The position numbers were made by a program, and so were the translations under genes. 64,000 nucleotides of DNA from Bacteroidia bacterium. Lineage in GTDB: Bacteria > Bacteroidota > Bacteroidia > NS11-12g > UBA9320. The stretch is from contig JBIIVF010000001.1 in NCBI GenBank assembly GCA_044339595.1, positions 3,541 through 67,540 on the forward strand. Direction: 5' to 3'. Below the pieces are notes generated by a model. It was not told the DNA's origin and ran no database searches. It saw only the letters and a program-made list of their open reading frames with translations. The stretch's first letter is position 1; the number at the start of each line of letters is the position of its first letter. This document shows, one piece after another, positions 19,233 through 28,526 of this stretch.

Positions 19233-22200
19233 CTACCTTATCAGCAACAAAGTGCCTTTTTCTTGTTTCAAAATCGACTTTTTACCCTTGTAATTTAAAA
19301 TATACAGATAAACTCCATTCTGACATGCAGCGCTTTTATAACTGCCATCCCAACCTTCATTTTTATCCATCGAATGAAACACTTTTTCACCCCATCGATT
19401 GTAAATTACCAATTCGTAAAAATTCGTTCCAACCACCAACGGCCTGAAAATTTCATTTTTATTATTTCCATCCGGAGAAAAAGCATTGGGAATGATTGCG
19501 TAAACAGAATCGTTCAAACAAACCGGGAGTGAAAGGCTGTCTGAACACCCTCCGGAATTAAATACGACCAATTTTACGGTATATCTGGATGTATCCGGAG
19601 AATAAATGTGGAATGGGTTGAATGCCGGATCAAAATTTTCTTGTTTACCATCTCCATAAAACCACGTTCCACTCTCGGCACCCTGACTTTGATTGATGAT
19701 TCTTAACTCAGGATTGAAAGGATCCAGACAAAAACCGGTTCTGGGAATGGTTATGAAAGATGCTTTTATTTTTGGATATCCGGGGATGGTGGTGAACGTG
19801 TCGAGAAAACAGCCGGTCACTTGGTTTTTAATGCTTAAGGTGTAACGATTTGAAACGAATGCGGTTAAGCGATAACCTTTAAAAGGTGGAGCTGTGTTCC
19901 AAGTTACCGTGTAAGGATCAGTTGTGCCGGGAGTGACTTCCGCAAACCCCTTTTCCCCATAACATTTAATGGGGCTCGTAAGAATGGCAGCGGTTACAGC
20001 AGGATGCACCACGATGTAAGCAGAATCGGTGGCTTCATTCGAACAACCATCGTTCAACCAAACTTTGTGATAACCGGTAATGGATGGGGTATAAAACAAA
20101 CTATTTCCGGTTTGTCCGGTCGACCAACGGAATGAATAATCCGAAGTGATCCCTCCGCTTCCTTTGGCATCAAGCTGCACTGATCCCCCTTTACAAAGGG
20201 TATCATTGGTGCTCAATGCTTTCACTTTCAATCCAGCCATAACGGTGGCCACGATTGAATCAATTCGGTAACACGTAGACGTGCCATAACGGTAATAAAG
20301 GGTATGGTTTCCCGAACCGGCCATAGAGGGGTTAAACTGATTAATATTGACCCCATTTCCCCAGAAATTTCCTCCTGACGGAGAACCGGTCAAAGAAATG
20401 AGGGTGTCTCTGAAACAATGAACACCCGCCGCACCACTCAACTGCACAATCGGCAAGCCTGTCACGGTAATTCTCACCGAATCTTTACAACCGTTTTTGG
20501 ATAGATATCGGATGATATGAATTCCAACACCGGCTCTTCCCGGGTTAAATACCCCATTCAACGAATCTATGATTCCATTCCCTAAAAATTTGCCCCCGGT
20601 TTCTGCATTCCTGAGCTTAAATGACGGGTCTGCTACGCAAAAACTGGTATCCTTTTGAATATCGCTTTTTGGATATACCAAAAATGTAGTACTATCCAAA
20701 CACCCGTTAAAATCATAGATCAATTTGTGGCTACCGTAACCTGCCAAAGAAGGCGTAAAGTAATACAATGAACTAATCCCTGAACCATTCCAAAGACCTC
20801 CAAATGGTGTTACCTGAACGGAATTGAAATCGAGTAAAATCTGAGGATTCTCAATACAGAAATTTTTATTCTTCACGTAAACGTAGACATTGCGTAAATA
20901 CATGATTTTTTTGGCACTGCAATCACCGTAGATGTATTCAATCGTATCGTTGGTTACCTTACCCACCAAAGCCGGATTATACACTCCCATGGCAGAATCT
21001 GCGACCCCTTTCCCTTTCCAGTATCCGCCGGCCGGAATACCTGGTAACATGGTAAACGAAGGTTGTGATAGACAAATCACTTGATTTCCACGCGCATTGA
21101 TATTTTCAACCGTCATTTTTAAAGTATCACGACATCCGCGCATGGTATAGATGAGGTTTTTGGTGCCAATTCCTGCCGTATTCGTATTAAAAATGCCCAA
21201 ATTGGTATTGATGATTCCTGTGCCACTCCAAGTGCCCCCTTGAGGCGTGAATGACAAGGTGATGTTTCCTGCCGATAAACAAATGGTGTCTGTATCCGGC
21301 ACCTTGATAGAATCAACATTAATTATTTTGTTCGCAGTGCAACCATTCCAGGTATAGGTCACCACATAAATCCCTGACGAATCCGGATTGAAAAGACCTG
21401 CAGCATTGATCTTTGGACCACTCCAGGTACCACCGGCAGGTGAATGGCCTGAAACAAAAAACGGCGACGTTCCCGGGCATGCCGCATTTGGCAATCCTCC
21501 GCTGATGGCTCGAACATCTACAACCACTGTATCAGCACATCCGTTTATCAGGTATAACACGGTATCTCTTCCTGCACCGGCCGAAAAGGGCAAATAATTA
21601 CCGGTGGATGCATTGGTGATCCCTTTACCTTTCCAGGTGCCCCCGACAGGATCTCCACTTAATACAAAGGCACCGCCACTTTGACAAACGGAAGTATCTT
21701 TAGGCGCCAATGGCTTAGGTTTTACTACAATGGTAATGGTATCCGAACCGGGTATCGCTACGCCATCACTGACGGTTAGAATGTAGGTGGTTGTGATCAT
21801 TGGACACACCTTCAAAGGGGGCTTTGCATTGCCCAATCCCTGATTCCATGAATAGGCGTATCTTGTGGAGTCCCCTCCATTCACATCCGCAAAAATATTT
21901 GTGCAACCCCGCTCACAAATGGTGTCTGGTGCCGCTCTTAAGGTTACGTTTATAGGACAATCGGTAATACTAAAAGTTGTATTTGCCTCAAGAATCCAGG
22001 CAGAATCGCATCGATCGTATTTCACACTTCTGAAGCGCAAAGCATAACTACCTCCGCGGTTTAGCCCTGAACTCAGCGTGATTTCAAATGAATCCGTTTC
22101 TCCATTTACACACCCAATGGGAGTTACTTTGCTGATTGCAGGGACGAATGAACCTGACAAAGTGAATGTACTATCATAAATAGAGTCGCATATGAATTTC

Positions 22201-22703
22201 TGGTCCAGTCTAACGCGCAAAACGGAAGTACTGCAACTCACAATCGGTTTTCGAACGAATTTAGGAGAAGGCAGGGGTAAAATCTTTGTTCTCCACTTGG
22301 CCTTCCAGCCAAAACAAGCGACACTTGCATCTGACTGAAAATAAATAGTAAGACAAGAATCAGATGATTTGATCACTCCGGGTGATTTAGTGCCATGATG
22401 TCGGCCTCCTATTTTGGCTGCGAATGTGTCACGTCCATCATAAAATTGCAAAAAATCGACATCTTTTTCCGTACAAAAGCTATCAAATTCTAAGGAAACA
22501 TAATCTCCACCGGGAACACAAACCGAAAATATGAGTCGCTCATTGTGTGCATAATCACCCTTTATAATGCCGAGGTCGCTGTCTGTAAATATTCCCTTAC
22601 AGTCGTAAACCCGGTAGTTTTGCATACTGTAGATATTCTGACCTTGCACATGTGAAAGGAGAATATAGATGAGATGAATACATAAAAAACTAAGCTTACG
22701 CAT
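19233..22703 (-). CDS. Surface protein of 1156 aa with an N-terminal CUB domain and a CHU_C (T9SS type-B) C-terminal domain
   Basis: A signal peptide (MRKLSFLCIHLIYILLSHVQG) is followed by a CUB-like module (GIFTDSDLGIIKGDYAHNERLIFSVCVPGGDYVSLEFDSFCTEKDVDFLQFYDG) and then repeated Ig-like units with GGTW/GG.W motifs. The CHU_C tail is IIPNAFSPDGNNKNEIF...YNRWGEKVFHS...GWDG...GVYLYIL. Confidence 0.8.
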   Translation of the reverse strand: MRKLSFLCIHLIYILLSHVQGQNIYSMQNYRVYDCKGIFTDSDLGIIKGDYAHNERLIFSVCVPGGDYVSLEFDSFCTEKDVDFLQFYDGRDTFAAKIGGRHHGTKSPGVIKSSDSCLTIYFQSDASVACFGWKAKWRTKILPLPSPKFVRKPIVSCSTSVLRVRLDQKFICDSIYDSTFTLSGSFVPAISKVTPIGCVNGETDSFEITLSSGLNRGGSYALRFRSVKYDRCDSAWILEANTTFSITDCPINVTLRAAPDTICERGCTNIFADVNGGDSTRYAYSWNQGLGNAKPPLKVCPMITTTYILTVSDGVAIPGSDTITIVVKPKPLAPKDTSVCQSGGAFVLSGDPVGGTWKGKGITNASTGNYLPFSAGAGRDTVLYLINGCADTVVVDVRAISGGLPNAACPGTSPFFVSGHSPAGGTWSGPKINAAGLFNPDSSGIYVVTYTWNGCTANKIINVDSIKVPDTDTICLSAGNITLSFTPQGGTWSGTGIINTNLGIFNTNTAGIGTKNLIYTMRGCRDTLKMTVENINARGNQVICLSQPSFTMLPGIPAGGYWKGKGVADSAMGVYNPALVGKVTNDTIEYIYGDCSAKKIMYLRNVYVYVKNKNFCIENPQILLDFNSVQVTPFGGLWNGSGISSLYYFTPSLAGYGSHKLIYDFNGCLDSTTFLVYPKSDIQKDTSFCVADPSFKLRNAETGGKFLGNGIIDSLNGVFNPGRAGVGIHIIRYLSKNGCKDSVRITVTGLPIVQLSGAAGVHCFRDTLISLTGSPSGGNFWGNGVNINQFNPSMAGSGNHTLYYRYGTSTCYRIDSIVATVMAGLKVKALSTNDTLCKGGSVQLDAKGSGGITSDYSFRWSTGQTGNSLFYTPSITGYHKVWLNDGCSNEATDSAYIVVHPAVTAAILTSPIKCYGEKGFAEVTPGTTDPYTVTWNTAPPFKGYRLTAFVSNRYTLSIKNQVTGCFLDTFTTIPGYPKIKASFITIPRTGFCLDPFNPELRIINQSQGAESGTWFYGDGKQENFDPAFNPFHIYSPDTSRYTVKLVVFNSGGCSDSLSLPVCLNDSVYAIIPNAFSPDGNNKNEIFRPLVVGTNFYELVIYNRWGEKVFHSMDKNEGWDGSYKSAACQNGVYLYILNYKGKKSILKQEKGTLLLIR

Positions 22704-23150
22704 CTATTTTTTGATGGTGATTTCTTTAGTCTGAATATAATTGCTCCAATTACCTGCGCGATCTTTCATTCTTATATCATATTGTGTGCGCTCGTCTCCG
22801 CCGGAACCTAACAAGAAAGTATTGCGCAAACGCAACTGCATAGAACCTTTAATTTTAATGTTGCTGCCAATAGGTGCCATGGGTGGCACATAATAAAAGT
22901 CGGGATTGGTCAATCGGGCATCCTGGACTTCGAGCAATAGGATATCCGGGTTTTTATGTCCAAGATCACCATCCCCATCTTCATACTCGAAAGTAACAAT
23001 GACACTATCCGTAAACTGATTTACAATTTCAGGAGTAATGCTGATGTATCGGATATTCGGTATCACATTGTTTGAGGGTAAAACTGCGTCATCTGCACTG
23101 CAACCCCAAACAGAAATTGAAATCATCACGATATAAAATACCCTCTTCAT
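22704..23150 (-). CDS. Hypothetical lipoprotein of 148 aa
   Basis: The product has a lipoprotein signal (MKRVFYIVMISISVWGCSADD). Its stop codon abuts the start codon of the CHU_C gene, and its start overlaps the upstream gene by 4 nt. Confidence 0.5.
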   Translation of the reverse strand: MKRVFYIVMISISVWGCSADDAVLPSNNVIPNIRYISITPEIVNQFTDSVIVTFEYEDGDGDLGHKNPDILLLEVQDARLTNPDFYYVPPMAPIGSNIKIKGSMQLRLRNTFLLGSGGDERTQYDIRMKDRAGNWSNYIQTKEITIKK

Positions 23151-24097
23151 TGCAGTTTAATTGCACAGTAACGTTTAGCGCTGAACAGACTGTTATCATT
23201 GGGTAATTGGGAGGGGGCACTCACACCATCTCCTATTTTTGTTCTTATCCATAAAACATCTCCGGCCATTGCAATCTGTCGGGTATCAATGGTGATTTTG
23301 TGATGGTAATCAACCATTTCCTTGTAAAAACCAAGGGCTGATTTCGGGGTAGAAACAAATTCTATATTGTATTCCTTCAACGAATCGTAAACATTGGCCA
23401 TTTTAGAAAAACTGGCCTTCAGACCGGTCAGATTGCCCACCGGTGTTTTATCGTCGGCAAATGAAATCCAGACTTCAACCGTTCCGGCACCTGAATTTAT
23501 TTCCATGAAATTATAATGACTTTGGCGGTTGACCAAGTTGCCATTTTGATATAATTGCATTCCTTGCAATTGAACAGGAAAATTCACCGCTTCCGGCCCT
23601 TTCCCGTTGATATCGAGCGCCCCATTCTCTATCCACTTTTTTATATTGTTGATGTATTCATCTTTTTTAAATTTCCAGTCACTGCCCGGCTCGGTAACCA
23701 ATGGCATGATGCCCGAATTATTGTTCAAATCTTCGGTCAGTCTTTTCAAGATCATAGAAGTAGCTGCATTTCCAGGAGTCACCCTTGAAGTAAACGGATT
23801 GAGCTCATCATTTTTAATGATGGGTTGATTGACCAAGGTGTTGTATGTACTGGTAATGCTTCTGAAATCCGGCTCGAAATTGCCATCATGACAACCGCTA
23901 TTGGCACAGGTTGGCTTGAATATATTCTTGTGCAATCCGGCGATCGACTCAGGATCAGGCGTCGTATCTACACCGTCTATACCGATGTAAACATTGTTAT
24001 CCTTCTGATTGTAAGGGTTCGATGGCTCTGTGCCCTTCTCAGAACATGCAGATAGCATCGCAAACAGGCCGATTCCGATCAGTAACAGATTTCTCAT
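23147..24097 (-). CDS. Hypothetical lipoprotein of 316 aa with a C-x4-C-H motif (FKPTCANSGCHDG)
   Basis: The product has a lipoprotein signal (LFAMLSACSEKG). The Cys/His motif lies at nt 23888-23908. It overlaps the DUF1501 gene by 4 nt. Confidence 0.5.
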   Translation of the reverse strand: MRNLLLIGIGLFAMLSACSEKGTEPSNPYNQKDNNVYIGIDGVDTTPDPESIAGLHKNIFKPTCANSGCHDGNFEPDFRSITSTYNTLVNQPIIKNDELNPFTSRVTPGNAATSMILKRLTEDLNNNSGIMPLVTEPGSDWKFKKDEYINNIKKWIENGALDINGKGPEAVNFPVQLQGMQLYQNGNLVNRQSHYNFMEINSGAGTVEVWISFADDKTPVGNLTGLKASFSKMANVYDSLKEYNIEFVSTPKSALGFYKEMVDYHHKITIDTRQIAMAGDVLWIRTKIGDGVSAPSQLPNDNSLFSAKRYCAIKLQ

Positions 24098-25440
24098 ATT
24101 CTGTCAAATAAAGATCGACTCGCGCCGTCAATAATACCGGCATTGGCCACATCATCTTTAATACCGAAAATTTCTGCGATGGTCAGTACATTGTCTGTGG
24201 CTAAACCAACCGGACTTGTGTCATTCCCCAACATCAGGTTGGTGGGGACATTAGGACCTGCCATGGAAGTGAAAATGCGCTGTGTATTTGCATCTCCGCT
24301 GTGGTCAAATGCAAACCAGTCATTTTCATCCTGAATTGGATTAGGTCTAAGATTACGACCGCATTCAGGAGTAGCAATCATGATGGTTTTACCGGCCATT
24401 TCAGGGATTTGTGTTTGAATGTAATTCCATAAAAATCCAACAGCGTGATCTGCTCTATGGAGTGCTCTCAAATAACCGGAAAAGCTCGAATGACAACCAT
24501 CTACGTTACTCATATTAACTACGGTAATTTTCGGTTTAAACCATTTCATCACTTCCGCAGCATAGGAAACATTCAACAAATCGCTGTTGTCATTTACAGG
24601 AGGTGAGGCGATGCCGCCGGATTGTTGTCGCTGAAATATTGACTTTATGAACTCCTTTATATTATTTTTCTCCTCTTCTGTATTGGTGATATTTGGAATC
24701 TCTCCATTTTTTACCCTGAAAACATTATCTAAAAATTGCTTCATTTTATAAATGGGCTCCATTTCTTCTTGAGGATGATAAACTTTCGCATTAGATAACA
24801 CTTCTCTCCCCTGTTGGCCAAAGGTGATCAGTGGTGCGAAGAAATTAGCTCCATATTCGAGACCATAGGCACTGTGATTACTGCAATTGAGCAGCGGCAC
24901 TGAACTGCCAATGGTGTTGCCAATAAACCAGGCATCTGTAGCTTTGAACCCTCTATGACGACGCAGATATTCAAATATAGTTGGATTTTGGGGTCTCACT
25001 TTTAAACCTTGTGTTGCGGCCCGCGTGCCGGTGAGCAATGATGTCAAGCCACCATAATGCCCTCCGTTCACAGCCCTGACCTCACGAAAAAGGGTCCCCT
25101 GCTTCTGAAGCGTAGTATTCAATAATTTTGGTATCGGCCTGCTAAAAGGCACATCGCCCGGAGGTGAAGTTCCGTAGACAATTTTATTGGTTGGAGCTTC
25201 ACCATCCAGCATGTTGTACATGATGTTACCGGCATATTCAAGCCCCTGACTATCATCTAAATAACGTTGCAAAATGCTCTCTTGATGTCTAACACCACCG
25301 GCAAATAAGACATACACAACGTGATCCGCCAAGGGCGTTCCGGTTTTAGCAAATAATCGCCCTGAAGGAAGCAAATAAGGGAATGCCAAACTTCCGGCGG
25401 CCAACAGGGCTGATTTTTGGATAAACTCTTTTCTTTTCAT
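24094..25440 (-). CDS. DUF1501 family protein, a sulfatase/alkaline-phosphatase-like protein that is probably Tat-exported
   Basis: The N-terminus (MKRKEFIQKSALLAAGSLAFPYL...) is followed by a VVYVLFAGGVRHQES block that resembles the DUF1501 'RVIfLfmsGGpSq' motif. A C-terminal FDHSGD...MAGPNV block is also present. This assignment is based on motifs only. Confidence 0.6.
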   Translation of the reverse strand: MKRKEFIQKSALLAAGSLAFPYLLPSGRLFAKTGTPLADHVVYVLFAGGVRHQESILQRYLDDSQGLEYAGNIMYNMLDGEAPTNKIVYGTSPPGDVPFSRPIPKLLNTTLQKQGTLFREVRAVNGGHYGGLTSLLTGTRAATQGLKVRPQNPTIFEYLRRHRGFKATDAWFIGNTIGSSVPLLNCSNHSAYGLEYGANFFAPLITFGQQGREVLSNAKVYHPQEEMEPIYKMKQFLDNVFRVKNGEIPNITNTEEEKNNIKEFIKSIFQRQQSGGIASPPVNDNSDLLNVSYAAEVMKWFKPKITVVNMSNVDGCHSSFSGYLRALHRADHAVGFLWNYIQTQIPEMAGKTIMIATPECGRNLRPNPIQDENDWFAFDHSGDANTQRIFTSMAGPNVPTNLMLGNDTSPVGLATDNVLTIAEIFGIKDDVANAGIIDGASRSLFDRI

Positions 25441-25450
25441 GTTGCCCGGT

Positions 25451-25957
25451 TTAATAAAACTGATATTCTTCTGATGCCGAAAATGCTGTATAAACCAATT
25501 CTGTGGTCACATTAGGATTGGCTTCAATATAGTTTCTAAAAAAAGTAACTTCCAGCTCACTTGGATCTCGTACAAAAAATCTCCGGTAGGTCTTTTTGAT
25601 AAATGCATCAATATCTGCCCGCATTTCGATATCGGTAGGAATTTGCCGACTTGGAGAATTCATGTAATTGCTGATGATTAATTCATAAGCCAAAGCACGA
25701 TCTCCAATAGAATAAATAACATTTTCAGTCTTTACCAACTCATTCACTGAAATAGGTTTTTGGAGTAAGTTGGTGGAAAGGATGGAAATATATTGAGCAT
25801 CACTTTTGGCCTTTCCCTTTTTGATAAACTGACTGTTTACCGGAGTCTCATTCACTCCATAATCTGCGTTGATCAGTTCTTTTTTACATCCCGCCAAAAC
25901 GGACATATAAAAAAGTAATCCTACCCATATGACTGACTTAGAAATTTGCATATTCAT
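25451..25957 (-). CDS. Hypothetical lipoprotein of 168 aa
   Basis: The product has a lipoprotein signal (LFYMSVLAGCKKE). It overlaps the upstream lipoprotein gene by 20 nt. Confidence 0.45.
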   Translation of the reverse strand: MNMQISKSVIWVGLLFYMSVLAGCKKELINADYGVNETPVNSQFIKKGKAKSDAQYISILSTNLLQKPISVNELVKTENVIYSIGDRALAYELIISNYMNSPSRQIPTDIEMRADIDAFIKKTYRRFFVRDPSELEVTFFRNYIEANPNVTTELVYTAFSASEEYQFY

Positions 25958-26879
25958 CCGTTACCAAAATTTTTTGTTGCAGGGCCGGTAAATCTCCGTT
26001 GGATTTGAATTCTTTGAACAATACAGCCGTCTCTTCAGTTCTTGGTTCTCTTCCCAGTAAATTCTGAAATACCCATTTTATTATTCCTTCATAAAACTCG
26101 TCGCTGTGGCAGAGCAATAGACAATACTCCCTCTTATTGGAAGCATAACTACCCATCAAAGCTCCCAATTTATTGGTTTCGATGATAGAATAGGCTGTTT
26201 CAAATTCTATTTTGGTGGGGAAACGATAAAACAAATCGTCAAAAGATGCATTCACAAAATTGAACGTATTCATGTTGATGTTGTCGTATACATTGTTGTC
26301 GAGCATCCGCGCATACATTTCATTCAGCGTAATGCTGCCAAAACGATACTCATCTTTTGAAGTTACAATTCTGCCATTTCTCGCCATTTGCTCCAGTGCC
26401 TGAAAAACTCGAACAGAATCTCCTTCTAATCTGGCAATGGTTAAAGAAAATTGTGCCAATCCTACGTGACGGGTAAACTCACCGTCTGCCGCCCCTTCGC
26501 ATAAGCTTGATTTCACCATATCGTAAATCCGCTGGTAGTATGCCTTTTTGTAAGAAGAATCTCCTTCTACAAAGGTGTCACTGGATTGTAAACGTGTGAT
26601 TAGATTGAGTCTCACATCTTTTGAAAGCTTTCCATCTTTGAGTCTTGCTACTTCAAGATTCATTTCATTTTGAGTTGGAACCCTGCCCAATAAATCGATG
26701 TACAAGCGGTTTACGTAGTTTTCTACTTTAACGGTTGGCACAGTACCCGGCAGCAGGGCTTGATTGCCATCATACGTTTTGTTTACCACTTCTGTTTTGC
26801 AAGCGCTAAAAAATGACAGGAGCAAAAGCAATCCAAAATAAATCCGAAAACGGGCAAATTTCAATAAAAACTGATCCAT
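25938..26879 (-). CDS. Hypothetical lipoprotein of 313 aa with repeated 'LLGR.PT..E' motifs
   Basis: The product has a lipoprotein signal (LLLLSFFSACKTE). The motifs YIDLLGRVPTQNEM and FQNLLGREPRTEET are reminiscent of DUF1549/DUF1800-type repeats. Confidence 0.45.
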   Translation of the reverse strand: MDQFLLKFARFRIYFGLLLLLSFFSACKTEVVNKTYDGNQALLPGTVPTVKVENYVNRLYIDLLGRVPTQNEMNLEVARLKDGKLSKDVRLNLITRLQSSDTFVEGDSSYKKAYYQRIYDMVKSSLCEGAADGEFTRHVGLAQFSLTIARLEGDSVRVFQALEQMARNGRIVTSKDEYRFGSITLNEMYARMLDNNVYDNINMNTFNFVNASFDDLFYRFPTKIEFETAYSIIETNKLGALMGSYASNKREYCLLLCHSDEFYEGIIKWVFQNLLGREPRTEETAVLFKEFKSNGDLPALQQKILVTDEYANF

Positions 26880-26950
26880 TAAAGTGTTGTCGATAACAAA
26901 TCTAAGTAATTACAACGACAATTACAAGTCGTGTTTTTTATTGCTTTCGT

Positions 26951-28264
26951 CTAATTATTTTGAAAAAAGTTGCACGCATGTCGGTCATACCAATCCTTTA
27001 AGAAGAAATAGTGATCGTCCTGATACTTTTTATCTGTCTGGGCTAAATCCCATGGGATGAACCTAAAATTCCCCATCTTATCGCAATGAAGATATAAAAA
27101 CTTAAATCCACTGTTAATGAGTACTTCTCCGGAGGGTGTTTTGGCCAACTCAAGGGTGGCATAACCGGTTAAGTGGCTCCAGCTAAAAATATCATACGCA
27201 ACAAAATCCCCTAAGGAATAATACACGATTCCCCGAACTTCTTTTCCATCAGATTTGCGGTGATAATGAACCACTTCAGAAGGCTGAAGATTATGCGGAT
27301 GATGGATAAAAATAACGTCCGGCTCCCCGAATTCAAAAATCTCCAATACCCGATTTCTGATATGTTCAGAGGGATAGCATTGATAGGCATTGCCCATATG
27401 GAGCGAGGCAATCACCACCTCTGCCCCTTGACTTTTAGCGGCTTTGAGTGCATCAAAAAGTGGATGAATATCGCTCAAAGGATCATTTAATCTCAAATGG
27501 CAGATAATATCCATCGCCTCATCATCCGGATTCACCCGATTGAGTGAATAGGTGTAATTCACAATCCCGATGTTAAACCCATTTTTTTGGAGGATTACGA
27601 AGTCATTTTCCCCCTTATGACGACGCGCTCCGGAGAACGGAATTTTACGACTGTCAAGAAATTGCATCGTCTCTTTTAACGAGCTTGTGCCGGCATCGAG
27701 CATGTGGTTGTTCGCCAGACTGAGATAATCGTAGCTATAACTCCCATGGGCTGTAAATACATCCAGCAATGCTCTACTACCATTGAACTGCATGTCGTTG
27801 AGCATTAATTCAGGAACATACGAAGGTTTTTTAAAAAAATCCATGGGCGTCTCCAGATTAGCCATGGTAATATCACTTCCAAAAAAGTCCTCCCCACATA
27901 AAGACCAAAGTTCATCGGATCGACCATTTATCATCACTTCATAAGGCATCAGGTCTCCGCCTGCATGAATCATCAACCGATCTGCTTGTCCGGTGATTTC
28001 TTTTAAAGAGCGTTGACTGTCAGCAATTTGTCCGGACTCATGTGGCTTACCGTAATATTTAGCCCCCAAATAAAGGGCATCTTTCCAGGTAAAGTAGGCC
28101 GGATTTTCTTCAAAGCTTTTCAGTGGATAACCCCATCTCGATTTATTAAAATAGGCGATTAATTTAAACAATGCCTTCAATGGAATTAACAACAATCTGC
28201 CCAAGAAACTCCAACCACGCACAGGGTAGTATTGATGAATTGATTTTTTTTGCACTGTTTTCAA
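26951..28264 (-). CDS. CapA/PgsA-family metallophosphoesterase with an N-terminal membrane anchor
   Basis: Metallophosphatase motifs are present (LANNHMLDAG, GAEVVIASLHMGNAY, YSLGDFV). The protein is 437 aa. Confidence 0.7.
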   Translation of the reverse strand: MKTVQKKSIHQYYPVRGWSFLGRLLLIPLKALFKLIAYFNKSRWGYPLKSFEENPAYFTWKDALYLGAKYYGKPHESGQIADSQRSLKEITGQADRLMIHAGGDLMPYEVMINGRSDELWSLCGEDFFGSDITMANLETPMDFFKKPSYVPELMLNDMQFNGSRALLDVFTAHGSYSYDYLSLANNHMLDAGTSSLKETMQFLDSRKIPFSGARRHKGENDFVILQKNGFNIGIVNYTYSLNRVNPDDEAMDIICHLRLNDPLSDIHPLFDALKAAKSQGAEVVIASLHMGNAYQCYPSEHIRNRVLEIFEFGEPDVIFIHHPHNLQPSEVVHYHRKSDGKEVRGIVYYSLGDFVAYDIFSWSHLTGYATLELAKTPSGEVLINSGFKFLYLHCDKMGNFRFIPWDLAQTDKKYQDDHYFFLKDWYDRHACNFFQNN

Positions 28265-28390
28265 AAGTAAGGTCTGAAATTTTGAAAATTGAAAAAGACT
28301 TTGACTTATTGATCTCAGACTTAGATTTTACAATTTCCTTTTGATCTTATCTTATGGTTTAAAGATATCAAATCAACCCTTATTTGCCCA

Positions 28391-28412
28391 TTGCTGCAAC
28401 TTGCTGCAACTT
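28391..28412. promoter_or_regulatory. Two tandem copies of TTGCTGCAAC, each containing the 9-bp palindrome TTGCnGCAA, spaced exactly 10 bp apart in a divergent intergenic region
   Basis: The repeat is read directly from the sequence. It lies between the CapA-like gene on the minus strand and the gene for the small CTD-only protein on the plus strand. Confidence 0.3.
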
Positions 28413-28526
28413 AATTCATACAACTTGTCTTCTACAGTGAACACCTCTGAATAATTTTTCAACGATTTTAAAAGGATTTTTGGATTGGAACGATTTTTAA
28501 TATATCTTCGTAAAACGAATCAGTGT

